DNA of 64,000 bases. Origin: Trichodelitschia bisporula (Eukaryota). The notes beneath the pieces were generated by a model. It was not told the origin of the DNA, made no database searches, and worked only from the letters and a program-made list of their open reading frames with translations. The stretch spans positions 92,455 through 156,454 of the forward strand of contig ML996710.1 in NCBI GenBank assembly GCA_010356995.1, read 5' to 3'. Below are positions 10,500-22,035 of the stretch, piece by piece. Within the stretch, counting starts at the first letter, position 1, and the number at the start of each line of letters is the position of its first letter. The position numbers were made by a program, and so were the translations under genes.

Positions 10500-13199
10500 T
10501 GATGGCGGTGGCATACGACAACCTCGCCACATCATTGCGCGATCAACAGTGGCGTCGGCAAGCAGAAGCCGACTGTGACTCACAATTTGTAATAAGTGGC
10601 AAAAGGGAACAGGCTGGGAGATTCCAGAGGACAATCACTTGGATATACAAACATAGTCTCTATCGTTGCCAGAAAATCAATCAAGTCAATCCTTTCTCAC
10701 ACAAGTCTCTTGGATACCTTCCGACAACAGGTTATGAGCCCGGAACGCTAAGCGTACCCAAAGCTTGTGAATCGATTCAACCAATCATATCGTCTCAACG
10801 AACGCCACCATCTCCAGGACGACTCTTCGAATAGTCAAAGCGGAACCTCTCCCCAGTCACAGCTACAAGATGGCCAAAGATACTGGAGTGCCCAAATTGA
10901 AGGGCCAGTCGAACTGCCGACAATGGTACATCCGACTGAGAGCATACATGATGGACAAAGGCTCCTGGGACGCCGTCAGATTCGCCCCTTACAAGAAAGA
11001 AACAGCTCGACAAGCATCCACCCCGTCGCCAGATGTTGCAACAAGTTTGCAACAACCGAGGGAAGGCGACGAGGACAGAGCTTTGAAGGGCCACTACGCC
11101 GCCCTACCTTACGACGAAGGCTTGATTGAAGCGGACAGCGACGAGTGGATATACCATCCCAAGAACGACGCCGCGATCAGTCATATCCTCCAACACTGCG
11201 AGGACACACCAGCCAACAAGATCGAAGGAGTGAGAGCCGCTCGAGACGCAATGGACATCCTGATGAAGCACTACGCCGTGCCGAACGAAATCGAGAAGTT
11301 CCGGGTCGCAGAAAGACTGTGGACAACCACCTACACCGGAGAAATGTCCAAGTACACCGATCAGTTTGCAGATACCTGGAAAGACATCAATCGTCTGAAG
11401 ATCGACCTCGGATTCCTAGTCCGCTCACTCATGGTTCACCAACTGGGAGAACACTACGAGAGCTTTCAAGAGCGAAAGAGGAAGAGTGGAATCAGCGAGA
11501 TCTCAATTGAGGATCTGACGAGCCAACTGCTGGAAGAAGAGCTAGCCTTGAAGAGGAAACAACCCTCAAAGGTTCTCGCCATACGAGACAGGAGGCAGCC
11601 TCGCAGCACAGGCAAAAGAAACAGCAGCACCTGAACCCACGACGACGCTAGTTGCGCGCACTGCAAAAGCAGAGGTCCTGAGAATTGCTGGTACAAAAAT
11701 CCTGACAAAGCCAGATACGTGGCGCGAGGATTTATGCAACAGTTTGTCATCGACTATGACCAGACGTATGCAGGAGTCGTCCGATCAACATCAGTACGAG
11801 CAATATTTGCACTGGCCGCTTTGTACGACCACGACATTGTGCAACTCGACTTTGTTACGGCATACCTGAACTCAAACCTCGACGAAGAAATCTACGTCAG
11901 GCAGGCGCCAGGATACGTCCAAAATGGCAAGGAAAACCTGGTGTACAAGGTCAAGAAAGGCCTGTACGGTCTCAAACAGTCAGCCCGCGAGTGGGCAAAA
12001 AGGCTCACAACATTTCTGACAAAAATCGGATTCAAGCCACTTACGGCGGACAGCAACGTTTTCGTCAAAGGCAACATCCGCACGGGACTGACCATGACAG
12101 TCTACGTAGACGACATCAAGCTCATAGGCAGCGACAAATCCGCCATGAAGCAGGTCGTCAACCAACTGAGCAGGGAGTTCAAAACGACAAACCTAGGAGC
12201 CATCAAGCACTACCTAGGAATGGAGATCACACGCGACCGCAGAGCAAGGACGATCACTCTTAGTCAGAAGGCATACCCCGAGAGAATCCTCGACAAATAC
12301 GGGTACAGCCGCAACGGCCGCAACATCAAAACACCAATGGTGACAGGCCAACGACTCGAGCCATACGACGGCATTGCAACCGATACAGCAAGAAACGAGT
12401 TCGCCGCACAATTAGGCTCCGTCATGCACGCAATGACCATGACACGTCCAGACATCGCCTTCGCAGTCTCCTCCCTTGCACAACACATGAAGAACCCTGG
12501 ACCAGAGCATTGGAATGCGCTCAAAAGGATCTTCCTCTACCTACGCAGTACGAACAACTATCATATTCTGTACGGTGGAGTGAGCGACGACAAAACGATC
12601 GAACCTGCTGGATACACAGACGCCAGCTTCGCCGAAGACAGTGCAACAAGACGCTCAACAGGGGCATACATATTTACCCTGAACGGAGGACCCATCAGCT
12701 AGACATCGAAACGCCAATCAATCGTCGCCCTATCGACAACAGAGGCCGAGTACATTGCTATGTGCCAAGCGATCAGAGAAGCGACATGGCTCAAGCAGCT
12801 GCTTATGGAATTGGGCTTCAACCAGGAAGGCAGAGAACCCATCAAAGTTCATGCAGACAACCAAAGCGCAATAGCTCTAGGAAAGAATCCAGAGTTCCAC
12901 AAGCGCAGCAAGCACATCGACGTCCAATACCACTATGTCCAAGAACAGGTGCAAGCTGGACGGATCACAACTCCATACCTACCAACTGCACAGATGGTCG
13001 CTGATGGACTTACGAAGGCACTCAGTCTTGAAGTGCATCTCCGCCTCATCGATCACTGCAGGCTTGACCCAAGCAGAATAAACGGAGGGAGGAAAGAATG
13101 ATGCTGCGAGCTTGAGAGGGAGTGATGCCGGTGGCATATGACAACCTCGCCACATCATCGCGTGACCAACAGTGGCGTCGGCAAGCAGAAGCCGACTGT
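10500..13199 (+). mobile_element. Ty1/copia element B: 5' LTR 10500-10729, PBS 10730-10741, gag 10870-11700, internal deletion, RT/RNase H 11710-13101, PPT, truncated 3' LTR 13123-13199
   Basis: TG...CA LTR repeated at 13123 after the GAGAGGGAG PPT; KARYVARGF, LYGLKQS, YVDD, YTDAS, STTEAEY, KHIDVQYH motifs; no protease or integrase. Confidence 0.92.
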
Positions 13200-13548
13200 T
13201 GGTCGCGCGATGATATGGCGAGGTTGTCGTATGCCACCGCCATCAATCTTTGGGTACCTTCCAACAACACAACCTGGGCCCCAGACTGCAGCAACCGGGA
13301 GATGGAAACCAGGTTGGCCCCAAGCTCTGGACAGTGCAGACCTTTTTCAAGGCGCAACCCCACCATTCTCCCCTCGTGTCTGCACTGCACCCGCACGGCT
13401 CCGCTCCCCGCCGTTCTCAGACGCGACCCGCCGACGCCGTTGATTGTCTGCACGCTCCCTGGTGGGAATGCTTCGTAGAGTCGTCCACGAAGTCGTCCAA
13501 GCGGCTGGTCATGTGTGTCGAGGCGCCTGAGTCAAGTACCCCAGAACA
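13195..13548 (-). repeat. Inverted duplicate of 10202-10550 (element E protease region plus start of LTR B)
   Basis: Reverse-complement alignment with scattered substitutions and small indels. Confidence 0.9.
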
Positions 13549-16500
13549 TGTTGGAAGGGACCAGAAGGATCGGATTGATAATCACGGAGTTCGAGTGGGT
13601 TCTAGTTCTTTCTGTTTACGCAAGCATATTCGCCACTCTTTATGTATATATATATCAACAGACAGTTAGGTTGCAGGAAATCGACCAACTCATCGCAATA
13701 CTCCAGGACCCTAAAGTTACAACAGGTTATGAGCCCGGTGAGCGCGAGGCTACCAGAAGAATAGTTGTTTAGGTAGAGTCAAGTTGGTTCCACGATCTTC
13801 GGAGGTCATGCACTGCCACCGCCACCGCCACCATGGCCAGCGAGAGGTCACGTGTTATATTCACGCTCAAGTCGACAGCAGACTGGCGTCTATGGGATGC
13901 AGCCATTCGGGACGAGCTCGAGTCGAATCTCCTATACACGATCGACGACAAGGAGGAGCGATTGAATATCGGCAGGGACGACATACCAGCAGAAGCGAGA
14001 AAGAAAGTCGACAACGCCGCAGCGAGAGCGATACTGCGGGCGAACCTCAGCATCGAGCAGGCCGTATACATGGAAGGATTGACGGCAGCGAAGGACATCT
14101 ACGAGACACCCAGGAAGATTCACACAAGCCAGAGCGAGGCCCGAGTATGGCAGCTAATCCAACAGCTCATCAACATAATTGGCATGACGGACAAGACGGT
14201 CGACGGGAAGTCGCAGCGACTGGTGCGAGCACAGATGAAATTGAACAAGATGGCTTTGAAGGACATCAGCGTGTCGAAGACGTTCCTGTCAATCTTCCTT
14301 ATCCAAAGCATGGGGCCTGAGTACGCGACGACGATCGAGATCATTCAGAATCAGGACAAGGTTGATTTTGACGACATTGTGTCGAAACTGAAAGCGAAGG
14401 AGCTGGAATTGTCGAACGGGGCGGAAGGAGCGGGAGAATCAGCGTATTTGGCCAGGATATAGCCAGGAAAGAGACGATGCTTCCATTGCAAGAAGCTGGG
14501 ATATATGAAGCGAGAATACCGCAATTGGCTAGCTACGGACGAGGGCAAGGAATGGTACAAAAGCCAGGAAGGCCAGAGGTACCGGCAAAGCGACGAGAGG
14601 TCGCAGGATTGGCCCGCGAATCACACGAATCGTCAGGAAGACGAAGCAATGAACCGCCATGGAGGCGACGAGGAAACTTTTACGCAAAGCAGCCGAGGAC
14701 GAGCTAAGCGACTACATCTCAGACGCGGAAGTGAATGTCGCGGAGACAGCTCTAGGCGGACGACCGGCGTGGATGCTGGACACGGGTGCAACGAGGCACA
14801 TTTGCAACATATGAGAAGCGTTTATCGACGAAACGCTGAAGAGAGTTCACGGCCGAGTGAGAGTCGCAAACAGCAACTGGATGAAAGTGGACTGGATGGG
14901 AATCGCCCAGGTCAAGCTGCCAGGAGGTCTGCTAAGTTACGGGAAACTCTCTATTGTTTTGAGAGTCCGTTCAACCTGGTGTCGCTGGGCCAGTTGAGTG
15001 ATTGTGGAGTGACATTCTCGGGGAACGCACAGCAGATCAGACTCATTTACCAAGGCAAGGAACTGGCCACGGCAGAAAGACATCGGAAACTCTATCAACT
15101 GAAATCTGTTCGGTTGAGAGGAGTCATTCTGTCAGCAGACGCGCAGCTCAGTCTGAAGCACGACGAGATCATGCACAAGCGACTCGGCCATATGGGACAA
15201 TCCCGCGAGGCGAGAATCCATGAGGTAGCCGACGGGATACAGCGAAAGATCAGCCATCAAAGAACCTGCGACGCGTGCAGGCGAGCAAAGACGACAAAGC
15301 GGATCGGAAAGACGCCAATTGAGCCAGTAGAGAATTGCTTGAACGAGTTCACATCGATTACTGGGGGCCAGCGCCGGAACCATCGCTCGACGGAAGAACC
15401 CTGATGATGACGATCACGGATCAATATTCTCGGAAGATTTGGACATTCCATCCGAAGGACAGAGGAACAATCACGTTCCTAGACTGCTTCGACGCCTGGA
15501 GGGTGAAAGCAGAGAAGGAAGTTGGGCATTATGTCAAATTGTTGGCGGAAGTGCTCAAAGAATTGTGTGAGAAAAGATTGATTGCCCAGCTTGTTACCTT
15601 CTCTAGTTTACAGAATGAACAGTATATATCCGTGATGGTTCTCCAGGATGTTCCTGAACTTCATCGGACTTCGGCGTCGTCCATCTTCGTCACTTCGGTG
15701 TTCGCCGTGCCAAGCCTGCCTTTCCGGGTAACACGACATCGGGTATGCCGACACAAATGCATCGGGATGGGCAATGCCGGAGAGTTTACATCAGAAGGCG
15801 CAAGAAGATATTTTGGGAAACTGGAGATCCAGGTCGAATACACGGTGCCACATAATCTGCATCAGAACGGGATTGCTGAGCGAGCGAATCGATCCATCAT
15901 GGAGTCGGCAAATGCGGTGCTGAAGGACGCCAACCTGAGCGGAAAGTTTTGGGTCCTTGCTTCAAGGGCAGCGGCCTATCTTAGGAACCGGGCACCGGTG
16001 AGAAATGCGCCAGACGGAAAGTCGCCTGAAGAACACTGGTCACGGAAACGACCTTGGGTACAGCACTTGAGGGTGTTTGGGTGCAAGGCATATGTACACG
16101 TGCCAGACGTAAAAAGGAGGAAATTTGATGATAAGGCCTGGAAGGGGATCTTCGTGGGATACACCTAGTCCGACTCTATTTGGAAGATCTACAACCCTGC
16201 AACAAGAGAGGTCAAAAGGGTAAGCTTGGTCACTTTCGTAGAAACAGAAAGGGCCGCGGAACCGAACGACAGAGATATCAGGAAGCACGACAGCTTCGGA
16301 GGCTTGGACATACAGCCAGCATCTACTGCGTTGGGCAAGGGCGACGCCGGATTCGGACTCCGAACGTGACACCATCAGGGTAAATACGGGACAACCCTAT
16401 GGACAGAGGACACCAAGCGAAGAAGCCGCAAGAGAGGATACAAGACAGGAAGGAGTCTGGCAGGCCTCGGCGTTCAACGGCAAATTACCAACGAGGAAGA

Positions 16501-16620
16501 TTCAGTCCAACACAACCCCAGAACGACGAGCATGAACATATCGCCGTCGAGGAGGAGTGCTCTGGGATCGCCGACGAATGTGCTCTATCGGCGATGGGAT
16601 GAGTGTATGAACCGTCGTCC
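13549..16620 (+). mobile_element. Ty1/copia element C, forward part: 5' LTR 13549-13724, PBS 13725-13736, gag 13833-14520, protease, integrase
   Basis: TGTTGG...ACAACA then GGTTATGAGCCC; CFHCKK, WMLDTGATRH, HKRLGH...CDAC, RVHIDYWGP, QNGIAER, LRVFGCKAY motifs. Confidence 0.92.
15540..15753. mobile_element. 214-bp solo LTR inserted in the integrase of element C
   Basis: TGTTGG...CCGACA ends; TSD CAAAT on both sides. Confidence 0.92.
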
Positions 16621-17728
16621 ACGTAGATGGCAATGATCACTCCTTTCCTGAGTACGGCACAGGGGTCATAGTTTGACTGAACGAAACCTTGCTCCTTGAG
16701 GTACGTGGTGAGCGTCTCATTCCATTCCCCTGCTGACTGTTTAAGTCCGTATAGACTTAGGAGTATTTGGAGGTAGTCTCCTCCAAGGTCGTGTCCATCG
16801 ATGAGGTCAAATCCTTCCGCGGCCCTCATATATATCTCTTCCTGAAGAGGTGCTGCGAGATACGCATTGTCGACATCCGCTTGGTGTACGATGAGTCCTT
16901 GAAGTGCAGCCATTGCAAAAAGTGGCCGCAGCGTATCGTATCTGACCGTTGGCGAGTACGTTTTGTCGAAGTCAATTCCTTCCTGCTGCGAGAACCTTTG
17001 AGCGACGAGACTAGCCTTGTAGCTAGCGATCGAACCATCTTCGTTGTATTTGACCTTGAAGACCCCTTTGGAACCAACCGGTCTCCTCCCAACGGGTAGG
17101 CTGGTGCTTTTGAAGGTTACGCATTGGATGTGAGCTTGAAGCTCTCGGACTATCGCTTCGATCCAGTCTTTTCCGTGCACGGGGTCGGATATTGCTTCCT
17201 CGTAGGACGACGGTTCATACACTCATCCCATCGCCGATAGAGCACATTTGTCGGCGATCCCAGAGCACTCCTCCTCGATGGCGATATATGCATGCTCGTC
17301 GTTCTGGGGTTGTGTTGGACTGAATCTTCCTCGTTGATAATTTGCCGTTGAACGCCGAGGCCTGCCAGACTCCTCCTGTCTTGTATCCTCTCTTGCACTT
17401 CTTCGCTTGGTGTCTTCTGTCCGTAGGGTTGTCCCGTATTTACCCTGATGGTATCACGTTCGGAGTCCGAATCCGGCGTCGCCTTGCCCAACGCAGTAGA
17501 TGCTGGCTGTACGTCCAAGCCTCCGAAGCTGTCGTGCTTCCTGATATCTCTGTCGTTCGGTTCCGCGGCCCTTTCTGCTTCTACGAAAGTGGCCGAACTT
17601 GCCCTTTCGACCTTTCTTGTTGCGGGGTTGTAGATCTTCCAAATAGAGTCGGACTCGGTGTATCCCACGAAGATCCCCTTCCAGGCCTTATCATCAAATA
17701 TCCTCCTTTTTACGTCTGGCACGGGTAC
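16614..17728 (-). mobile_element. Element C inverted arm carrying N-terminal RT
   Basis: 17205-17728 is the reverse complement of ~16094-16620; spacer encodes EPSSYEEA...LVAQRFSQ...LYGLKQS...IYVDD. Confidence 0.9.
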
Positions 17729-17995
17729 CGTCCGAGGGTTCTCTTCGTGGAAACTAGCAGTGGCTGGTGTTCGAGCCAAAATCAATGTATCAATTGATCT
17801 CTGACTGACTAGCTCGACCTCTGAATGAGATCGGGAATGAGCGACTATATACACAACTTCTGACTTTCAGTATCTTCCATCGATCTGACCAATTTGTCAG
17901 GAAGAATACTCCAGATACTCAATTTGTCATCATAGAAGATTCTAGATCGTCATCCCGCAGTAGCTGGGTGTATACCGTCATTGCTCAGTCTGACA
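17729..17995 (-). mobile_element. LTR of copia family D (267 bp), no TSD
   Basis: Near-identical to 32901-33167 and 37769-38035. Confidence 0.9.
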
Positions 17996-18589
17996 GGTTT
18001 CCACGTCGAAGGCAGGGCCAGTAGCCGTGCAGTCTGACGTCGTCGTTTTGGAGCTTGCTGATCCGGTTATGCTACTCAGATCAGCGTCCGTATTCCACAA
18101 TCCTGACCTTGGATGTCAAAGAAATGTGGGGATATCACGTTCCTTGAATGATAATCACTTTATTGGCCACTGGCAGACCGTAAAGAGAAGAGATTTGAAT
18201 GATGGGTATTGATGAAAAGAAGAGGAAGAGGAAGAGGAAGAGGAGGAGGGAGAAGTAAAAAATGACATATATACCCCGTATCCCCGCTCTTCCCACGCCG
18301 AAGACTCAAATTCACTGGCAAGTCACACGCTCCGAGCCATAGATTCATACTGAGCTCCGCATCCGTACTGAAATCCGCCCCCGCAGTGAATTCAGCGGCC
18401 GGTGCGGAGACTCAACCCCGCGGCTGGACGGTGCGGTCCTGTGCGGGGTCCCGGGCCGGTTACTTGCCGACGAGTTATGAAGGCAATTGACTCATGCCCA
18501 GGAGGGCCGGTCAAACTCCTTTCCAAGGGAGATATGTGACCAATGGTTCAACACATGGTGAATCTTGCTGTGGAGCGGGGTTGAGGAAC

Positions 18590-18775
18590 TGTTGAACTAT
18601 GGCGGCAACCTGGGGTGGCTGGAGTGGAGCCAGGAGACAGGGGTCGTCTCCTGGCGAGGTATATAGTCCGCTCACTTCCCACTGCTAGTCAGTTAAGCAA
18701 CTCGTTCATGGAGAGACCTTCGGTCCAACTTGTGACGCAGTGATGTTTCCATTGATCACGCATCACCTTTCAACA
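18590..18775 (+). mobile_element. Solo LTR of copia family A (186 bp)
   Basis: TGTTGAA...TTCAACA; TSD GGAAC; homologous to the split LTR at 4458-4919. Confidence 0.92.
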
Positions 18776-19078
18776 GGAACAAAGGGCAGGCCATTTGGTT
18801 TGTGGGCCTCATGGCAATATTTACGGACATGTGTCAAGGCCGACTAAATTACGAAGCCGGATGGGCCGCGGGGAGCACACCAGAGTAAATTGGAGTTTTG
18901 TTCTCAGTAGATACAGTGAGTATATATGGGAGCTTTGCCCTTGAAAGGCCGACAATTCCTTATCTCGACGCCTCTGCCTCGGAATTCGTGTTTCGGCGTT
19001 CTAATCGCCCCTGTCACTTTTTATATAGTCAGTACGCCGCTCTGTGGTGGAGACCTTCGTCCGGGCATAGTGAAACAC

Positions 19079-19345
19079 TGTTAGCCGGATTTCCATTTGA
19101 TACAGCCTTCTGATATTGTAAGCTCCAGTATCACTTCGCGCTCGGTATCTTTGTTGCCGGTATCCGTTAACGCTCGGGATTGCTTACTTCCGTTGTCTTG
19201 TTTCATCATATCTTCGGCTCGACGCTACTCCTGTTCCATATTTCCTATATAGTGCGAGTTGCCCACATGGTACACTCTACAGTTCAGTCTACGTCAATCA
19301 ACAGAAACCTTTGTTTCATCTGTTCTCAGCTTCTCCAGTCCAACA
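19079..19345. mobile_element. Solo LTR family F (267 bp)
   Basis: TGTTAG...CCAACA; TSD AACAC; second copy at 30239-30505. Confidence 0.92.
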
Positions 19346-19729
19346 AACACCCTTTCACAAGTTATGCATGCTGTGGTTCTCTGAAGATAATGAGCAAACT
19401 CCAGAAGCGGCAAGATGTCCACAAAAAATAGGAATATGAGGCAAATTTGCTCATTCCTATGCCCATTGAAGCTCTTGAGTCAAAAGTCGTGGCTCATCGA
19501 GTTGTGGCAAGCTCATTGTCGCCAAAGATCATCAAGCTGCCTCGCAGTAACACAAGAGACAGATATGCACAGCATCACGGTGAGAAGGGATTTGGCAATA
19601 AAAACGAGCAAGCATTCAGAAACATCATGATTGATTTTTAGTTATATACGTCAGTGGTTCCCACCTCCCGCGCCAGTCGTCGGAATCGCCGCTGACTTCC
19701 ACGGCCTGTTGGATTTGCAGAAGTTGCAT

Positions 19730-20790
19730 TTGCGGTTGCGTAGGAGACTTTGGTGCCCGGCAAAATGTTGCAGAGTATATAGGTTGTCAAGGAGGTGATC
19801 AGACAACTTGTGCTGGGCGGTATCCTGAATGATGCGCTGGAAGTCTTCCGGCTCAATGTATCCATCGTGATCCTTGCCCAGAGGTTTGAATGCCTGACGG
19901 ATGCACTCTCCTTCGGGCATGTTCCTTACCCAGCACATCGAAGAGTGTCCTTCAGCAGAGCCGGATTTATATAACCAGAAAAAGTTGTCTGACCATTCTC
20001 CACAATCCATGACTTTAGACCAGCCATGTCCTGGACGCGCAAGAGTTAGCAAGCAACGCAAAAGAGCAAATAGAGATGGACGAACCCCGCAAAATCAATC
20101 GTGCCAGTTCCCTTGTGATCGAATAGGCGAAAGGCAATCTAGTACTCGGCATCGGCCTTTTCGAGCAGATTCGTCAATGCGACCCAAGTCCGCCCTGTTG
20201 TATATAATTTCAGCGCCGTGGTCAAAAGTCTGAACAAACTGCTTGCCATCGATCGTGCCAGTTCCCTTACGCTCGAATAATCGAAAGGCGATCTCGTACT
20301 CGGTATCGACCTTTTCGAGTAGATTCGGGAATGAACCCCAGTCCGCACCCCGACTTCCAGCAGGCGCAGGTTACACTAACCTACTCTCCGACACGCGGGA
20401 TCTGAGCATTCAAAGCCCAGATTGCTGGCATGTTGGGGTTCCGACCGCCGCTGCTGGGGTCATCGGGCCTCGTGAAATCGAATAACAATGCTTTCTCCGC
20501 GCCGCTCTTGCCACCGTTCCAGCCTTGGTGAGCCCACCCATGGTTGTTTTCACTGCACCAACCATGCAGGAGATGATGGCGACAGCGTGCATCCATATCT
20601 GGTCGTGTTCGATGAGCACGACCAGACTCTGCCACTTGGCGAAGAACATTGCCGCTCATCGTTGCCCCGGCGGCATTCGAGCCGCCGTCAAGGGTGTGCT
20701 GCCATGAGGAGTTAAGAAACTTGGCAAAGTCGGCAAGAGAGAGGCGACCTGACAGCTTGTCGATGAGGCAAAGTGGAAAAGGTGCGGCCG
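19730..20790 (-). pseudogene. AGC1: Scrambled fragments of the mitochondrial aspartate/glutamate carrier (Aralar/Agc1) EF-hand region
   Basis: ECIRQAF...DGYIEPEDFQRIIQDTAQHKLSDHLLDNL, two copies of NLLEKxDxEYxIAFRLF, and LFHFA/SGRLSLADFAKFL; stops, frameshifts, pieces out of order. Confidence 0.8.
20395..20530 (-). pseudogene. TOS1/PGA52-like (DUF2401) glycosidase fragment
   Basis: KALLFDFTRPDD...NPNMPAIWALNAQIPR resembles the family motif MPAIWxLNAxIPR. Confidence 0.65.
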
Positions 20791-22008
20791 TGGTATATAG
20801 CACTGGTGGGATTTGTCCATGGAATTGGTGAAGATGTGCAGCGTGAAGACAACTTTGAGATGGTCGATGCGGGCTCTGTGAACCGCCGGCTATGAGCATC
20901 GGGATTTTTATGGTGGAGATGAAGACGTTTGAATAATTCGATGAAGTCGTCGGCGCGTACGATCCACGCTTGAGACTAGCGGCAATGCGCCAGCGCCTGA
21001 CTGAGTTAGGGACGGAAAGCGCTCGGGAGGGCAGGTAAACTAACCATAGCTGAGGGACCAGTACTTGTACCCTCAATGCCATGACCCAGATCAACAGAAT
21101 GCTGGACGTGATTGATGGCTGTCGCCGCAATGACGGCAGAGTATATACAGCCCCGAGCATCCGCACACACGCCGGACCCCGGCAGACCTCCCGCCCCCCG
21201 AACCCAAACACCGCCACAACTCTCCACAAATACAAGGGGATCCATCGAGTATAAAATCGAAAAATGAAACGCCCATGCAATATAGACAAAGCTGGAGGAG
21301 TGAAGGTGGCAGATGCATGTGGCTACTGTGCTGACTAAGAGAGAGGCTGGGGAGAATGCCGATGGCGCAGGGGAAGATGATGAAGCCATGGCTCATGAGG
21401 GAGAAAGTGAGCACGCCACTCACCCATCAACCTCACTCCGTACGCAAAATACTCGTGATGGATCATGCTAGTTCAAAGTGCCCTTGCTCACGAACGAGAG
21501 ATGCAGCCTGAGACGTCAGAGGAAGAAATGGCTGGGGTGCGCACACTCACCATCACGGGTCATTCCCGGTTTGTGAGGAATGCCAGCTGGAATGATCACA
21601 ACGGTGGCACCGGTGGGGCACCACGGAGACCAGTGCTGGGGGAATCGCAGCCCTGGGGCTGCATATATACAAACCGGGAGTCAAACGGCAAGTCCGCACA
21701 AAATTCTCGCCCAGCCATGGGGAATGATGTCCTGGAGTAAAAGCACATTTTTCACGGCAGCAACGTTGATGAAATGATGATTTACTCAGCTTGAGCGGTG
21801 TTGAGGGATGAAAGGCTGACGCAAGTTGAGCGATGTTGAGAGATGCTGAGCGGTGCCGTTGGAGCTGATATTGAGGTGATGGCGATTGGCGTTGATTGAT
21901 GATCTGGGAACGTGAGCAATGCAGACACGAAGAGTGATGCACATACCGATGACATTTGAAAAATGCGTGAATGGCTCGTCTTAGCTTCTCCCTTCCGAAG
22001 AAGAGATA

Positions 22009-22035
22009 CTAGACCCCAGCACCGCGATGAGGTGC
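22009..22035 (-). mobile_element. Helitron-like 3' terminus (hairpin + CTAG|T)
   Basis: Minus strand GCACC-TCATCGC-GGTGC TGGGGT CTAG T; similar end at 41658-41683. Confidence 0.45.

Noticed and set aside
6000..17728. Fold-backs as simple MDA/library chimeras
   Set aside because: Chimeric arms would be identical. These have private substitutions and indels, and LTRs sit at some outer arm ends. Not fully excluded without reads.
17729..17995. Solo LTR formed by clean excision
   Set aside because: Flanks (GGTAC / GGTTT) are not a TSD and the host element does not resume; it marks a rearrangement boundary.
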